Below are positions 37,251 to 50,973 of a stretch of 64,000 nucleotides of DNA, piece after piece. The notes under the pieces were generated by a model. It was given only the letters and a program-made list of their open reading frames with translations, was not told where the DNA came from and made no database searches. How positions within the stretch are numbered: position 1 is the stretch's first letter; every line of letters begins with the position of its first letter. The stretch is from Convolutriloba macropyga (taxonomy: Eukaryota). The stretch lies in assembly GCF_964194025.1 (NCBI RefSeq), contig NC_134480.1, forward strand, positions 16,368,001-16,432,000, given 5' to 3'. Made by a program: the position numbers and the translations under genes.

Positions 37251-37738
37251 GATCATAGGACGTTTCGAGAGCTTAAATAGGTTAAATACTGTCGGAAAAA
37301 ATCTACAGTTGAACTAACGAACAACTTTTTGAGATTTTCCAGTATGTTTTGGGTGTGTTCCCCTCCTCCTTCTCTCAACCGGGCCGGGTACCAGCTACGG
37401 CGGAGTCACAAACACAAATATAGGAGAATTGAGTACTAAATCACCCAAAGAAGAATATTATTTTTCAAAATTAATTATTCGAAATAATCGCAAATTTCCG
37501 TATGAAAAGCTAACTTTTACCAGAGACAAGCTATAGCAAAAATTCTTTTTGTTTAACAGTCTAAGTACACATGGGACACTCCACAGCGAGTTTGGTTTGA
37601 TTTGGACAGCTCCTTGACCCAATCAAAAAGACCTATTTTTAAAATTATTTATTTGAAATAATCGCAAGTTTCCGTAGAACCAATGTACCAAAACAAAAAA
37701 CTTTTTTTAAAGAAAACTTATGTTAGTAACTAAATAGA

Positions 37739-37948
37739 TGTAAGCGAGAAATATACCACAATGCGTCATTTTTATTGGCCAATCAGAATCGAGTATTTAA
37801 ATTGCATATAGAATTGCGTCCAAATTACGTATAATGTTAAGAAACAGATCGTATAACCTAATTTTAAGTAAATATAACCACGATATGTACGGAATGTGGT
37901 GGTTTTCGGCTTAATATATTTAGGTTCTTCAGACGATTGTTGATCGAT
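37739..37948 (+). mobile_element. Partial LTR (5' half), about 90% identical to the LTR at 40661
   Basis: Begins TGTAAGCGAG; colinear with 40661-40869. Confidence 0.85.
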
Positions 37949-38747
37949 GAACTAAGAAAAAGCAGACAAATCTCATATCACCTACATCTCGAGAAACAGA
38001 CAACTTTTATAGAAGACTTTTTTTCACAGAGAGAGAAGTTTCAAGTTTCCTGGAAGTTGACCATTTTGGCCGTATCTAGACTCAAATCAGACTGAATACA
38101 GTTGGTAAAGACTGATGAACTACTAAGAACTAAGAAAAGGCAGACATATATCAAATCACCTACATCGAGAAATAGAAGACTTTTAGAGGAGACTTTTTTT
38201 ACTGACAAAAAGAAGGTTCAAGTTTTTTGGAAAGTGACCGTTTTAGTTTGTTCTTCCATTTTTTACAGATTTTTTTATTAACTTCAATAATGATGACTGC
38301 AAAAAGTCCATAGATGAAGCACTGTTCTTGATTTTTTTATGAATTGTACTCTCTGCACAATGCTAAGATTTAAAAGTGAGCAAAATTTTGACATTATCTG
38401 CAGAACTATCGAATTGAACATCTGATCACTATAAAGACAAGGAAATTGTCATTTGTCGAGCCCAACTTGAGGGCAAAAGAATAAGCTTGCGAAATTAAAA
38501 ATTTTTAGGCAAATGTACTTGAAGGATGTTACGGTACATCACAGTTAAGGTAAAATTTGGGGGAAAATTACTATAATTTTACTCGATTTCGAGTAACTCG
38601 GCTTTAAATGTCAATAACAAACATTAAAAGTGCTACATGCAATCAGATAATTTGACAAACACTTCACAAAAATTCATCACTTCATCTAAGAGATCAAAAC
38701 TTGCGTTTTGAAGTCACAACAGCTGAAATACTATTTTAATTACCTTA

Positions 38748-39243
38748 ACACAACGTAACTTCACGTTAACGCACGCTAAATTTACCTTAAATTCGTTAGT
38801 TCTACCTGAAATTAATCTGAAAAATTAAGAACTCACCACCCAACTTATAGCTGAACAGGCGTAACTTACCTGGTATTTTCACCCTAGTTTTTAAGGTAAA
38901 ATAACCTTAACTATTATGATTTAACTTAAAAGTTCAGGTTAAAATTAATATTTTTTGAGGTTAATTTCAGGTTTTTTTATGGGTATATTTACTTTAATCT
39001 TTAAAGTTAATTTTGCAAGTTTTTCAGGTAAGTTTATTTACTTTTACCTTAGCTGCATTTGAAGGGTTCAGGTTTGTTTTCCAAGTGAAGCTAAGACATG
39101 TTAAGGTTGTGCCTTTTGATTTTCCAGGTAATTTACAGATAAAGTTGATTTGAGGTAACTTTAGGTCAGACAAAACTACGTACATGCTTCAGTTAAGTTA
39201 AAGTGTTTCTTAGGGTAAAATTTACCTGAACGTTATTTAGTGT
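38748..39243. mobile_element. MITE-like element with TTTACCT/AGGTAA subrepeats
   Basis: ACAC...GTGT ends; left half rich in TTACCT, right half rich in AGGTAA. Confidence 0.5.
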
Positions 39244-42200
39244 GAGGGCCCAAGTGGAAAACAATATTAAAGTAGAATCAATTTTTTTCTGGACAGTAAA
39301 AATCAAACTGTCGAGTATTGTCTTTTCATAAGTACGGGCCTCAATTATTTTTTATTACGCCCTTGCATCTTTTTATCCGCAGGCTTGGTTTAAAACAGAT
39401 CTTCAATAAAGATGGGAGCAGACAGGCCCAATTGAAGACTCCTGAAATTGCAACAGTTGTGAAACAAATCTCTTGTTAATTTGCAATTAAATATTGAGAA
39501 AAGAGCATCAACAATTTTACATTGGGGACATTCCCCCAAAAAGCTACCCAGAACCGATCTCAAGAATTTTACAAAGGAGTTAGGAGGCCTAACTCCTATT
39601 AATTAAAAATTGTTTATATGAATAGATGACAATTAACAGCTAGAAATTATTCTATCAAAAAGAAACTAAACAGTTTTTAAAACAAAATTTAATAAGTGCC
39701 TCCTAAGCTTGTAAAAATCCAGGTCGAGTTTTTCGCTTGTCCTAGCCCGTTTATGACGCAGACCAGTTTCAAATCATACAGGGGTACGGTCGTTCAAACA
39801 AATACAGGCGAGGAATTGTTAACGATCAGCACGAACGCTTCAAGTACTTACGGTCGAGCAAAAGTCAGCACCATATACTCATCAATTCCGCAACAGAGAC
39901 TAACCACGTTCTGCCACATCAAATGAGCCACATTCTGAACCGCACACAAGCAAAACTGTCGCAGAGCTAAAGTCTGCAAAATACACTTTGTTTTTGTACC
40001 ATAGGCCTCACCCGACAAACCGGCAGGATATGATCTCATTTGAACAACTGAGCTTTTTAAATTAATTTTCCATGAGCTTTTGTATTGTCTAAGGCCACAA
40101 GAAAATATGATTGCAATTTTTCTGTGCAGTCAAGTAATGAAACCGGGGCTGTTTTTAATTGACACTTTTTTAAATGGAATCGAAGATAGGCTATGATTCA
40201 AAACAAATACAAAAGCAAGAAACCAAGCACAATGAGTGAACAGCGAACATCGTATTGGAAAAGATCTATATAAGGGCCCAAAAATGGGAGGCATTAAAAA
40301 AACTGTTTTTTTTTAAAAAAAAAAACGATTTTAATCATCAAATTTAACCGTTGACCCTAAATGAAAATTCTCATTGTTTTACAATCGTTATGGATAAATG
40401 ATATAATGAAAACAGTATGGGTTAAATTGAGCAAATCCCTAACTCAGTTATTTTTTTTTTAAAAAAACAACAGAATTTGTGAACATTTTTGAGCGAAATT
40501 ATAAAATTTGACTTTTTATGTCACGTATGGTAATTTTTATTAAAACTAAAGCCATCGTTATCCTAAGTTACACTTGTTTCATCCACTTGACCTGCCTAGA
40601 ATCAATGTACCAAAACAAAAAAATTTTTTAAAAGAAAACTTATGTTAGTAACTAAATAGATGTAAGCGAGAAATTTTCAAAATCCGTCATTTTTATTGGC
40701 CAATCAGAATCGAGTTTTTAAATTGCGTATAGAATTGCGTCCAAATTACGTTTAATGTTCGGAAACAGTTCGTAGAACCCAATTTTAAGTAAATATAACC
40801 ACGATATGTACGGATTATGGTGGTTTTCGGCTTAATATTTTTAGGTTCTTTAGACGATTGTTGATCGATTATGAACCGATTCTGATGTCAAGAACATCAG
40901 ACAAAAAACCAGTAAAAGAGCATCAAAAATCTTGCCGTCTAAACTCTCACTTGTTGCTATCACCAATACAAATCCGTGGCTTTGTATGATACTTGCCGAT
41001 AATACGTTGCTTTATATCATTTGAATTTAAATTTCGAAAGTCTGATTTTGTCAGCTTCATTTTGGTGCCGCTCCTTAATGAGCCACCTTTCAGCTTCACT
41101 GCGTTGATTTCACCATACTGTGTTGGTTTCACAACTGAACTGGAGCGACATTCTTGCAGTACGGAGTTGCAGGAGTCCAGTGTCGGAAAATGACTGTAAA
41201 AAGACAGATCGACAGGGGCAAATGGAAAGCAAGTTGCCTTCATTAGCAAACTGGACAGAATGAACGGTAATCCTGACCGAGTCACTTTGATGTCACAACA
41301 GAGGTATTTCACAACACTGGCATTTTGAAGGCCCCCCAAAGGAGTTATGAATCTTATAGACGATTATGCGATCAAGTTTGACGGCCAAAATGGCAATTTT
41401 GAGATATGAGGAACCACAAAACAACTATGCAAGAAACAGCTGCTATTGCAAATGAGAAGCTCCCGCCAAGATGCAGAGGCTGAGCCGATTTTCTTCTTGA
41501 CACACACTGCTTGATCAACAGTTTCTGAGACAGGCGACAAAACTGTAAGACAAAACCAAAATTTTACAATTACTTTGCAGCAAATTGATTAAAGTTTAAA
41601 TTTAGACGGCAGGTCCAACCACCCCTTACAAGTTTTGGATTGGCAAACGCATAGCGAAGAGTTAAACTTGGGTTTCATCGGTCAACATTAATCGTACAAA
41701 ACGTAATTTTTAAGACGAAAAAAACATCGATTTTGAAAATTTTGTGTCGAGTTGTCGAAACTTTGTAAAAACTGATCAAGTCGGTTCGGATATCGAAAAA
41801 TTACCTCTGATATAGAAAAAATTGAGAAAACATTATGCTTAATTGTTCAATTTGAAAATTTTTGGTCAATTTTGATGCAATTCTAAAAACTTAAGAAAAT
41901 CAATACCGAATAATGATAAATCGTATTATTGAGCTTAAAACCGTCCAGTTTACTGGATTACCGTTCCGTAATAAAGAATTTGCAAAAAATTGACCAAAAC
42001 TTGAAAAATGTTGGACACAGGCATAAAATGTTGACAAATTTGTCAAAATTTTTATATTTCAACTAGAAGGCTCGTCAATTGAGTGAAACTCAGTACACAC
42101 AGAGAGTCTGTGAAAAAATTCACAACCTCCGGCCTACAAAAAAAAATTATTGAATTCCCAGAATTTGTTTCGTCGTTCGTTTAAGGTTTCGTACGGGTTC

Positions 42201-42403
42201 TTTTTGTCCTTTCACTAGTCGATTGTCCGTGCTCCGTTTTTTTTCAATAACGTCGCTCTCGCAAAACTTTGCTTTTCGTTTCTCCGTTTACTTTTCCGGA
42301 TTTCGATAAAGTATGTTGTCATATGCAATGAATTATGTTGTGTTTTGTTGCAGTATGTTGATTAAGCTAGTATGCTAGTTGGTTGCTTTGGTCGTGTTGC
42401 TTT

Positions 42404-42926
42404 CTAGGGTGTTTCTTAAGTTTGTTCTAGAATTACGGCTAGTTGGTTTCTTGGCCTTCCAACTTACTAATTTACTAGCACCCCTGTTGTAGTATAATGA
42501 TTTTCACCACTGTATGTTTGCATGTAACTTTATTATCGTTAGTTGTTGTTGGTTTTTGCCTTCTAGGGTGTGACTTAAGTTTGTTCTGGACTTACGGCTA
42601 GATTGTTTCTTCACTTTTGCAGCTTTCATAGACTACAAAACGCTACACATTATTTAACTTTTACTGTAGTTTGTTTAATATTGTTCGTATGCTGATCGGT
42701 TGTTTAGGTTTGAATTTTGCTACGCTGTGACTTAAGTTTTTCCTGGAGTTACAACTAGTAATTTTCGTGCTCTTTCATTCACTTAGTGTACTAACACTTT
42801 TGCGTAATTTAGTTTGTTATTTGTATACATTAAGCCCCATAAATGCCTGTGCTAGTTTGTCTCTTTCAGTAACATGTCTCCTCTTTCCTAGGGTGTGACT
42901 TAAGTTTGATCTCGAGTTACGACTAG
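42404..42926 (+). repeat. Array of four 39-bp hairpin repeats (starts 42404, 42563, 42720, 42888)
   Basis: Consensus CTAGGGTGTGACTTAAGTTTGTTCTNGAGTTACGGCTAG; periods 159/157/168 bp. Confidence 0.92.
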
Positions 42927-43531
42927 TTTGTTTGGTTGAGTTTGTTGCTGTGGTCTGCTAGCATAGTACTTAGCGACCCCCGCTCGCCGCTTAATCGTCT
43001 CCCGCACGTTTTTTCCGTCTTTCCGTTTCGTTGCGCTCTACTCGCTCAACGCTTCCGTTCTAACTGTCTGTTTTCCCGTCGCGTCGTGAGCCCGTCGCCC
43101 AACATTTCTATCCCGTCCGTCTCGTATCCCTTGTCTTCGTGCGTCACTCTTTCCTTGTTTCCGTCCCGTTCGTTGCGTCGCCCGTTTCCTACCCGCGTTT
43201 TCGCCCGTTCCGTTTCCCGTTTCGTTGTGCGCCGTTCACCCGTCCTTCACGCCCCGTCCGTTTCGTCTCCCGTTTCGTCGCGCTTTATTCACCCGGCCCT
43301 CTTTCGCGGCTTGCCTGTCTTTCTGTTGAGTCTCACGTTGCGTAAAAGCACGTTAGATGCTCTTTGATTTTCGTTACCTACTTTCGCCGAGTAAATTATT
43401 ACTCGGTAACTTCTTAACTGCTCTTCGGTGGCTTGATTATCAGGTCTTCGTCAGATGGGTTTGGTATAACCCTCAGCCCGTGTGATTGTTTCAAATTTAC
43501 TTTAATTTGAGAAATCAGCCATTTTAAGATC

Positions 43532-44150
43532 ATGGCCGAACAGCAAGTGAAATTGAAAAAGTTCTTTAATGCAAGATTTAATCTGGCGTCTGAGTTGTGT
43601 AACATCCATAGGGAGATCACAGATGCCATCGATCGTCAAGACAGGAGGGTTAAAGTTGTACGCTTGGTTTTTAAGTTGAAGGATGTTTTCAGAAAACTGG
43701 TGCAAAAGAATGCAGAACTATTTGACTTGGCCAGTAGCGCGGAAAACCCAGATTCAATTTACCCTGTCCTTCAGCAATGGTTGGATGATGTAACTAAGAA
43801 CAACGATAAATTCCTGCATGCGGCAAGAAGCTATATTGACTCAGTTGCTGACCGACACATCGTATGCGAGGGCGTTAATCCTCAAGGGCAGTCCAAGATG
43901 AGTTCACGTCGAACAGCATCATCAATGTCTAGCCAGCGTATACATAAACGTCCTCATGGCAAAACTAAAACGCGAAGAGGCCGAGAAACAAGAACAAGCT
44001 GCCATGTGCCTTGCTAAATGAAAACACGAAGAGATTGAGAAAAAAGGAACCACGAGATAAAAGGAGCTTGAAATACAAATGGAGCAGATAGCACTTAAAG
44101 AATTGGAGGAAGACCAACGCCAGCGTGTTGCCGCTGCTAAATTAGATGAG
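43532..44150 (+). pseudogene. BEL/Pao gag N-terminal remnant
   Basis: RRVKVVRLV..KNAELF..VTKNNDKFL.AARSYIDS matches RRVKVERLV..KNEDLI..VTTKNDKIL.SARNYINS of ORF 55764. Confidence 0.85.
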
Positions 44151-47100
44151 GCAACGTGCCAAAAAAAGAACCAATTATAAATTAGAACCTTTGTACCAAA
44201 ACAAAAGAATGTTTTAAAAGAAAATTTACAAATTTATGCTTTCAGAACTACAGTTTTCAGGAGGCTTTTAGATGCAATTACAGTCTTTTCAAACAGTTTT
44301 TAAACATCAAAAAGTTCTAAATTTCCAGGGAGCACTTTTTTATATCATTAAAAGAGCGGACAACAACTTACACAAATAATTGACAGTCTAACTCATACTG
44401 AGAAAGTTGTTTTAAAGTCTTCATCATGAGCTTTTTTAAAGATAGGACCTTTTGCAAACATGAATCAATCAAATTCGGGATTATGAACTTCTTCTCCTTC
44501 TCCTTGCCCGTTTTTTTCAAAACTTGAGTCTTAATCATATCGCAATTTGCTCTGAACGCGTTTTTTCTAACAATTTCTGATAAGCACTTGAACTCGCCGA
44601 ATCTTTGAACGAGCATAGGCTATTAAGGACTTATTGGGTAATTTTCATGAGCCATTTTAAACAGGGACATCAATAATGGAATAGGCAAACAACTGACAAA
44701 TATGTTTTTGAAAACACTGATTCATTTGAAAAAAGCAACCGAAAATCTTTGGTTGACCGAAAAGGGAATTTGTTTGATGCAAACATGAAAAAGTTGCTTC
44801 AATAGATTGCAGCTTCAGCCTTTATAACGTTGTAACCTTTTATTGATCTTTTCGTAGTTTTTGAATTCTTCAGGGAATTTTACATTTATTTCTTCTTCAC
44901 TAGTTTATGAAAAGACTTGGTCCATACACTGATCAACTAGTGAAGAAGAAGCAAATTAGCAGCAGTGAATTTTAAATCAAATGGCGCCAACTTTTCCATT
45001 TTTTGAGTTTTTTTTTGTTTCTTCCAATTAATTGAAAACAAAATTGTTTGAACATTGAGTTGGAATCTGATGATTTCTGATAGAATCTGATATGAGGTAT
45101 GATGATTGATTTTTGGAATAATGACCAATGAGTTCCAACACGCACTAAAACATTCAGACCCAACTTTGTTTTTTCTTATAAACCTTTGTACAGCTGTTAA
45201 GATGTTACGCAACACACTCCAGTACAGTCCCAGGGTTCTAAAATTAAAGGAAATTAAAGAAAACTGGTTAATTACATAAAACATCGCTGTCCTCATTTAT
45301 CTTTACAATCCAAAAAAATTTAAATGCATATTTAATTAGTTATGAGAATTTAATGACGCCCGGAAAATTGCCCCAATAAGCTTGAAACATGAATCCTTCA
45401 GCGTCGCTTTGAATTCTATAATATCTAAATTTGCTAACAAAGTTTTTCATTACATTTTTGTGAATAATTTTCTACAATTTCTCAATTTGTAAATCTTCCA
45501 TTTATGTAAAATTGAAATAAGTTGTTTTCGAGCTTTTGCTAAAAAAACAGTAACAAATTTGAATAAGGTTACACACGCAACTTCTAAGTGTTGTAGCGTT
45601 AGGAGTTTTTTTGGCGTGTGACCTTGAATAAGACATTGTTTCATCATATATTTTTCAGAGGACCAATCTGAATTTATCCATGCGTGTTCGTTATTTAATT
45701 TAGTTATTCACGGTCACAGTTGCAGAAAAAAAATTTTTTAAATAATTTCTCAACTGTTAACAAAACAGGAGAAAATTAAACGTAGCAAATTGGTACCACT
45801 AGGCTCAGCTGTCTTATACAAATTGCGGCTCTGAACAATATGATATCTAAGGGAATTCTTTTGAGCAGCGTAATTTGGCCAATTTCAATCACGCTAGGTT
45901 TTTCCAAAAGCTTTACTTGTTCTTTCTTTTATGATTTCTAAAAAAGCAGAACAAAAATCCTAGTACCCCTCCTGACTTTGTACCTATGCTTAGGTGGACG
46001 ATTATGTTTTATGTTCTGAGTATATTCTCACCAGCAAATCTCAACTTTTCAGGCAATGAAAAGCAGCCAAAAGACTGAGTTTGCGCTCTAACTTTTTTTG
46101 CCAGAAGTTATTATGCACGTTTTTTTTTAATGTTTCCTTAATTGATTTCACACTTAACCCAATGTTATTGAAAAATGTTAGCCATTTTCTCTCAAAGGTT
46201 ATAATTCTCTGAAAAATCTTTAGTTGCCTTATGTCAGCCTTCTGGAAATCTTCTTCGAAACCCAGGCACGATTTGAGAAAAGTATTTTTTTGCTCGCTTT
46301 GCAAATTCGTCCAAAATCGACATTTAAACCAGAAAATTAAGCTACTAAGTACATGCTATATTAGAAATCTTAGCAGCCCAAGGGATTTAGTGAACTGGCA
46401 CTAGGGCGCTTGCATGTCATTAGTGGTACTGAAAGTTTTGTTCTAATTTATATCGACACCTGAAGGATAAAAGTTCATCGAATCCCATCTCAATATTTGA
46501 ATACTAAAATTTTAAAATTCTTTAATGTGATCTTCGGAAGTTACACAAGTGGAATGAATTCTAATAGCAGTTCTTATTTACTTCTAGACAAGTATTCCTA
46601 ATCTCAGATTTTGATTCATATCAAAATCTGTTAGCAGTTCTTATCAGATTTTGACGTGATATGCTCATTTCTAACACAGTTTCTGCTTAGGGCAATTTAG
46701 TTAGGGCTGGAAAATTAGCAGGTTTAGGGCCGAGAATTTAGCAGACTTCGTGCCGGAAGCTTAGCAGGTTTTTGTCAAATAATGATAGATTGTATTGCTA
46801 AATTGTATCACCTTCGGCTTATTGCGCCTCATTATTTGTTACCTTGGGGTTCTTTAACAAATTGTGCTTTAATCCTGTAAGAAAATTTTTGTTGGAATAA
46901 AGTATTGAATTATTGTTTTTTTAGTGCCTACTTGGTACAAAATAAAGTAAAATAAGTATCTCAATCTGAAAATTCAAGCGTCAAAATTTGCTTCATGATG
47001 ACTTAGAAAGTTTTCCGCAATTCGAGTTCAGTCTAGGACGCATTCACCCTCAAATATGAGCTCTAATTGCTCTAGAAATTTTCTCTGAACCAAATTATAA

Positions 47101-47650
47101 CATTTACTAAGAACGTAAACTTTAGCTGGTCTGTGAATTTAGTGGCCTAAGATGAGGGTGCTTGGGCCCCAGTTTTCCATGGTGTGAAAGGGATTTGGGG
47201 GATCCAGGATTGATGTTCTATTTTTAATCGAATCGAAAAGTGAAAATGAGGCTCATCTAGTTAGCACTTGATAAAGAAGGACTCAAAAGTGAGATTCTCG
47301 AACTGCGCGCGGGTAATTAAATAGGGCAAAAGTTTTATAATAAATAGGGCAAAAATAAAGCTACGAAGGGCCACTAAGTAAGGCAAAAAATATCGAAAAA
47401 AGCAAATTGAAAACCAATTTTATCATTAGTTACGTGTTTTTTCGCGTAAAACTTTGATGCAGTTTTAAACTAATTGACTAAGTATGAGTAGTCTCAAAGT
47501 TTTAGTGCCTGGCTATTTTTAATCTTCGTTGTCTAAACAAATGAGGCAACTGTTTGCAAAAATTAATGTAAGGAGTTCTAGGTTTTGGCCATTTGGGACC
47601 ATTTCAATAGATCACTCAAAAAGAGTTAGTCTGTTATTTGATGAATGCCT

Positions 47651-49294
47651 CCCCAGGTTGAGGTCCAGACCCAAATTTGCTTCTGATCAGACTTTCCAGA
47701 CCAAAATTATCTCTGATCAGACTTTCCAGACCGAAATTATCTCTGATCAGACTTTCCAGACCGAAATTATCTCTGATCAGACTTTCCAGACCGAAGGAGT
47801 TCTGATAAGACCATCTCCAGACCATGGTCAAGATTCAAATTCAGACCATTGCCCAGACCTTAATCAGACTATGATCAGGCCCAATTTCAGACCCAAGTAG
47901 CCTCTGATCAGACTCAGTCGAGACCATCTCCCCAGTTGACCACTCTGATCAAAAACACTCAAAATCGCCATCGTCAGCCCTCCCGTCCTTTAACCACAAC
48001 ACTTAAATTGTCCACTCTCCTCCCCCTATCGCTTTGAACTCCCCTCACATCAGCCTTCTTCTCAACCCTAACCCCATCGCTTGACCCCCACCCACAACAC
48101 ACACTCACACACGCACACACACAGACACAGACAGACACAGCCAAACAGACACAGACAAACCGGTTACCCCATAAACGCACACACAAAACTTACACACACG
48201 TTGGTTGAGATTTTACTGCAAAATTAGCTATAAAATAAAAGATTTGCGATGAATTTGAATAAAAATATTAGACCTCTGATCAGACTCAAGTGCGCTCGAA
48301 GTTGCCTCTGATCAGACCCAATTGCGCTCGAAGTCGCCTATGATCAGACCCAATTGCGCTCGAAATTACCTCTGATCAGACCCAAGTGCGCTCGAAGAGT
48401 TTATGATCAGACCCAATTGCGCTCGATCCGCCTATGATCAAACCCAATTGCGCTCGAAATTGCCTCTGATCAGACCCAAGTGCGCTCGAAATAGTCTGAT
48501 CAGAGAAAGATATTACTTATGCAAAAATCTTCTAATTTGGCTATAATATGTTCATTTCAAAAAAACTGATGTTTACAGTATTTAATTCATCTAAGGAAAA
48601 ATCAATTATAAAAGAATTGCTAAAGAAAACGAAACCCAACTGTTGAGAACAAATTTTATTTAGTGTACCTTTTAGTGTATATTTCTGACTCAATGGATGA
48701 GTTTAGACAGCTTTCCATAAGAAACATCGTGGTCTCCAGTTGATCAAAGTTTCTTCTGAAGGGGACCGGCCTCTGTTATCAGCTGGACTCCTGTTTTCTG
48801 ACCAAAGCTATCGGACTTTAGATAAGTCTCTGATCAGAACGCTGCTTTATGGCTGCCTCCTGGCAGAGCCAACATCTCTCATTAAAAAAACAAAAAAAAA
48901 TGGAAAAAAAATGCGCTCGAAATGGTCCCTGATCAGACCCAATTGCGTTTAAAAGCATTTCTGATCAGACCCAAGTGCGCTCGATGAGGTTATGATCAGA
49001 CCCAATTGCGCTCGAAGTCGCCTCTGATCAGACAAAAGTGCGCTCGAAGAGGTTATGATCTTTTTCAATTGCGCTCGAAGTCGCCTCTGATCAGACCCAA
49101 GTTTGCTCGAATCTGCCTATGATCAGACTTTTCAGACCAAAATGACCTCTGATCAGACCATCTCCAGACCATGGTCCAGACCGTAGTGCGCTCGAACTTC
49201 CGAAAAGACCCTGTATTTTCGATCTGGGAACACACGGGTGTGCGCTCGACTGGGTCTGATCATAACTCAATTTGGGTCTGGACCTCAACCTGAG
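47651..49294. mobile_element. Non-autonomous DNA transposon with TCTGATCAGA ~30-bp subrepeats and an internal C/CA-rich tract (47975-48200)
   Basis: Perfect 24-bp TIR CAGGTTGAGGTCCAGACCCAAATT (47654-47677 / 49269-49292). Confidence 0.9.
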
Positions 49295-50973
49295 TCGTTT
49301 AACAAACTCAAACTTAGTTGCAGAATTCTGTCTCTGTTCGTTTTACTTGTGCACTGGCCATAATTGGATCTATTCTCTTCTGTGCATCACTGCTTAGAGA
49401 GTTGAGAGTAAAGTGTTGAAAATTTGGATTACTTTGAGAACTAAATAAGACAGGTAAAATTCCACATCTCTTTGCTGTGTGGAATGAATTGATTTTTACT
49501 TGAAACTATCATGTTATTTGTTTATAAGGCCAGTAGTGCATGTCGTATATAATTTTCAGTACATCTCCTCCTATATAAATTCAACACTTACAAAAATTTT
49601 CCCAAAAACATTTCAGCACAGTTCTTACAAAAAAGGCGCATGTATTGCAACATATTACATATATAATTTCAGCACTTCAAAATTTCAGCACAATTACTAC
49701 ATAATTTCAGCATACTTCAGCAAAAGAGTGAATTTCAGCGCTTTCACAACGTTCTTTTCATAAAACTTCTACTCGCAATTTCATTGCTGAACATTGCCTA
49801 TAACATAGGTAACTTGTATTTCTTTAATCTTTTCTAATTCTGATTTAATAGTTCTCATTCATATATCTGGAAAAGAGAACAATTGAAAAGCCTCAAAGTT
49901 TCGTCACGGCTGAAGTATAAAGAAAATTACACTCATGTTACCTGTTTTCATTCAATCGAGTATTGTGGCAGGATAGACCAGCTGGCATATCGGCTTTATC
50001 TTAACAGTTGACAGCATTTTTAAGTTTTTTGGCACTTTTGACTGGTTTTTAAGTTGAATTGCTCTGATGCACTGCTGTTTAGTCCTGCTCTGCTGCTTCT
50101 TCTGTATGTACGGAAACAAAAAGATTTTTTTAAAAGTTCTTGCAAAGCTCCGGCCGTTAGCTTACAAGATCGATGGCAATCTCGCAAGATTTTGCATGGT
50201 GGTATGTAATCTTGCAAGACTCTTGCAAGATTCTTCCAAGATCATTCAATAGAATAGTTTAAGGATTCTAACGAGTTCATAATATGCCAACAGCTCTCAT
50301 AAAGGGCACAGGGGGGGGCAATAGAACCCACTAATCTTATTTTTAAGAAAAAAAATGCAGTTTTTCAGCTACTGTTTTGTATTCAGTCGGTCTGCTATCA
50401 AACCATCTTCAGCTCAACCTACCCGCGTGAACAGTGAGTTTCTGTAAAACATTCGTTCAGATATATAGACTTTATAGCTTTTATTGAATGCAGATTCTAT
50501 TTGATTTTATTGTGTTCTATTCGATTTCAGAATGTGCAATTTTGGTTCAAAACACAGTTTTGAAACAAAAAACCCTCTAAAAAATTTTTTTACTTTCCAG
50601 ACTAAAAATTGATTGTTTTCATACAGTTAATCAAGGAATTATTTTGAAAGAGATCTAAAAAGATTTTGAAGAGACGACGGAGGACATATTCAAGAGTTGC
50701 TGGAGGTCCAATTGGTACACAGACTAACGTACATAGAGAATTAATAGTGAATTGAACGATATATTTGCTTTCATAGTCAAACAGCGACAAAACCATTCAT
50801 AAGCTAAGTCTTCGCGTTTGCTTGAGACCAAAATTTTCATTCTTTCTGGTATAATAGACTCACCGTGTACAACACACAAACATTCTACCAAGTTACAACA
50901 AGTTATAAATTTAATTCACTTTAACTCAACTCTCTTACAAATATTAAAGTTTGTAGCATTTTATATTATCATA

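Larger units (their letters stand above)
40661..44155 (+). mobile_element. 3'-truncated BEL/Pao LTR retrotransposon (5' LTR 40661-41059, PBS-like TGGTGCCGC at 41063, long leader, gag N-terminus)
   Basis: The 5' part of the LTR and leader 41540-43345 are colinear with the element at 53144; gag 43532-44150 is homologous to 55794-56370. Confidence 0.88.

Noticed and set aside
42936-43367. Arg/Ser/Pro-rich ORFs here and at 55301-55737
   Set aside because: The A-depleted sequence simply lacks stop codons.
47529-47900. ORF with SDQTFQTEII repeats
   Set aside because: Translation of 30-bp TCTGATCAGA subrepeats.
50602-50796. ORF starting MVLSLFDYESKY, faintly like a P2X receptor N-terminus
   Set aside because: Similarity limited to about six residues; no following conserved motifs.
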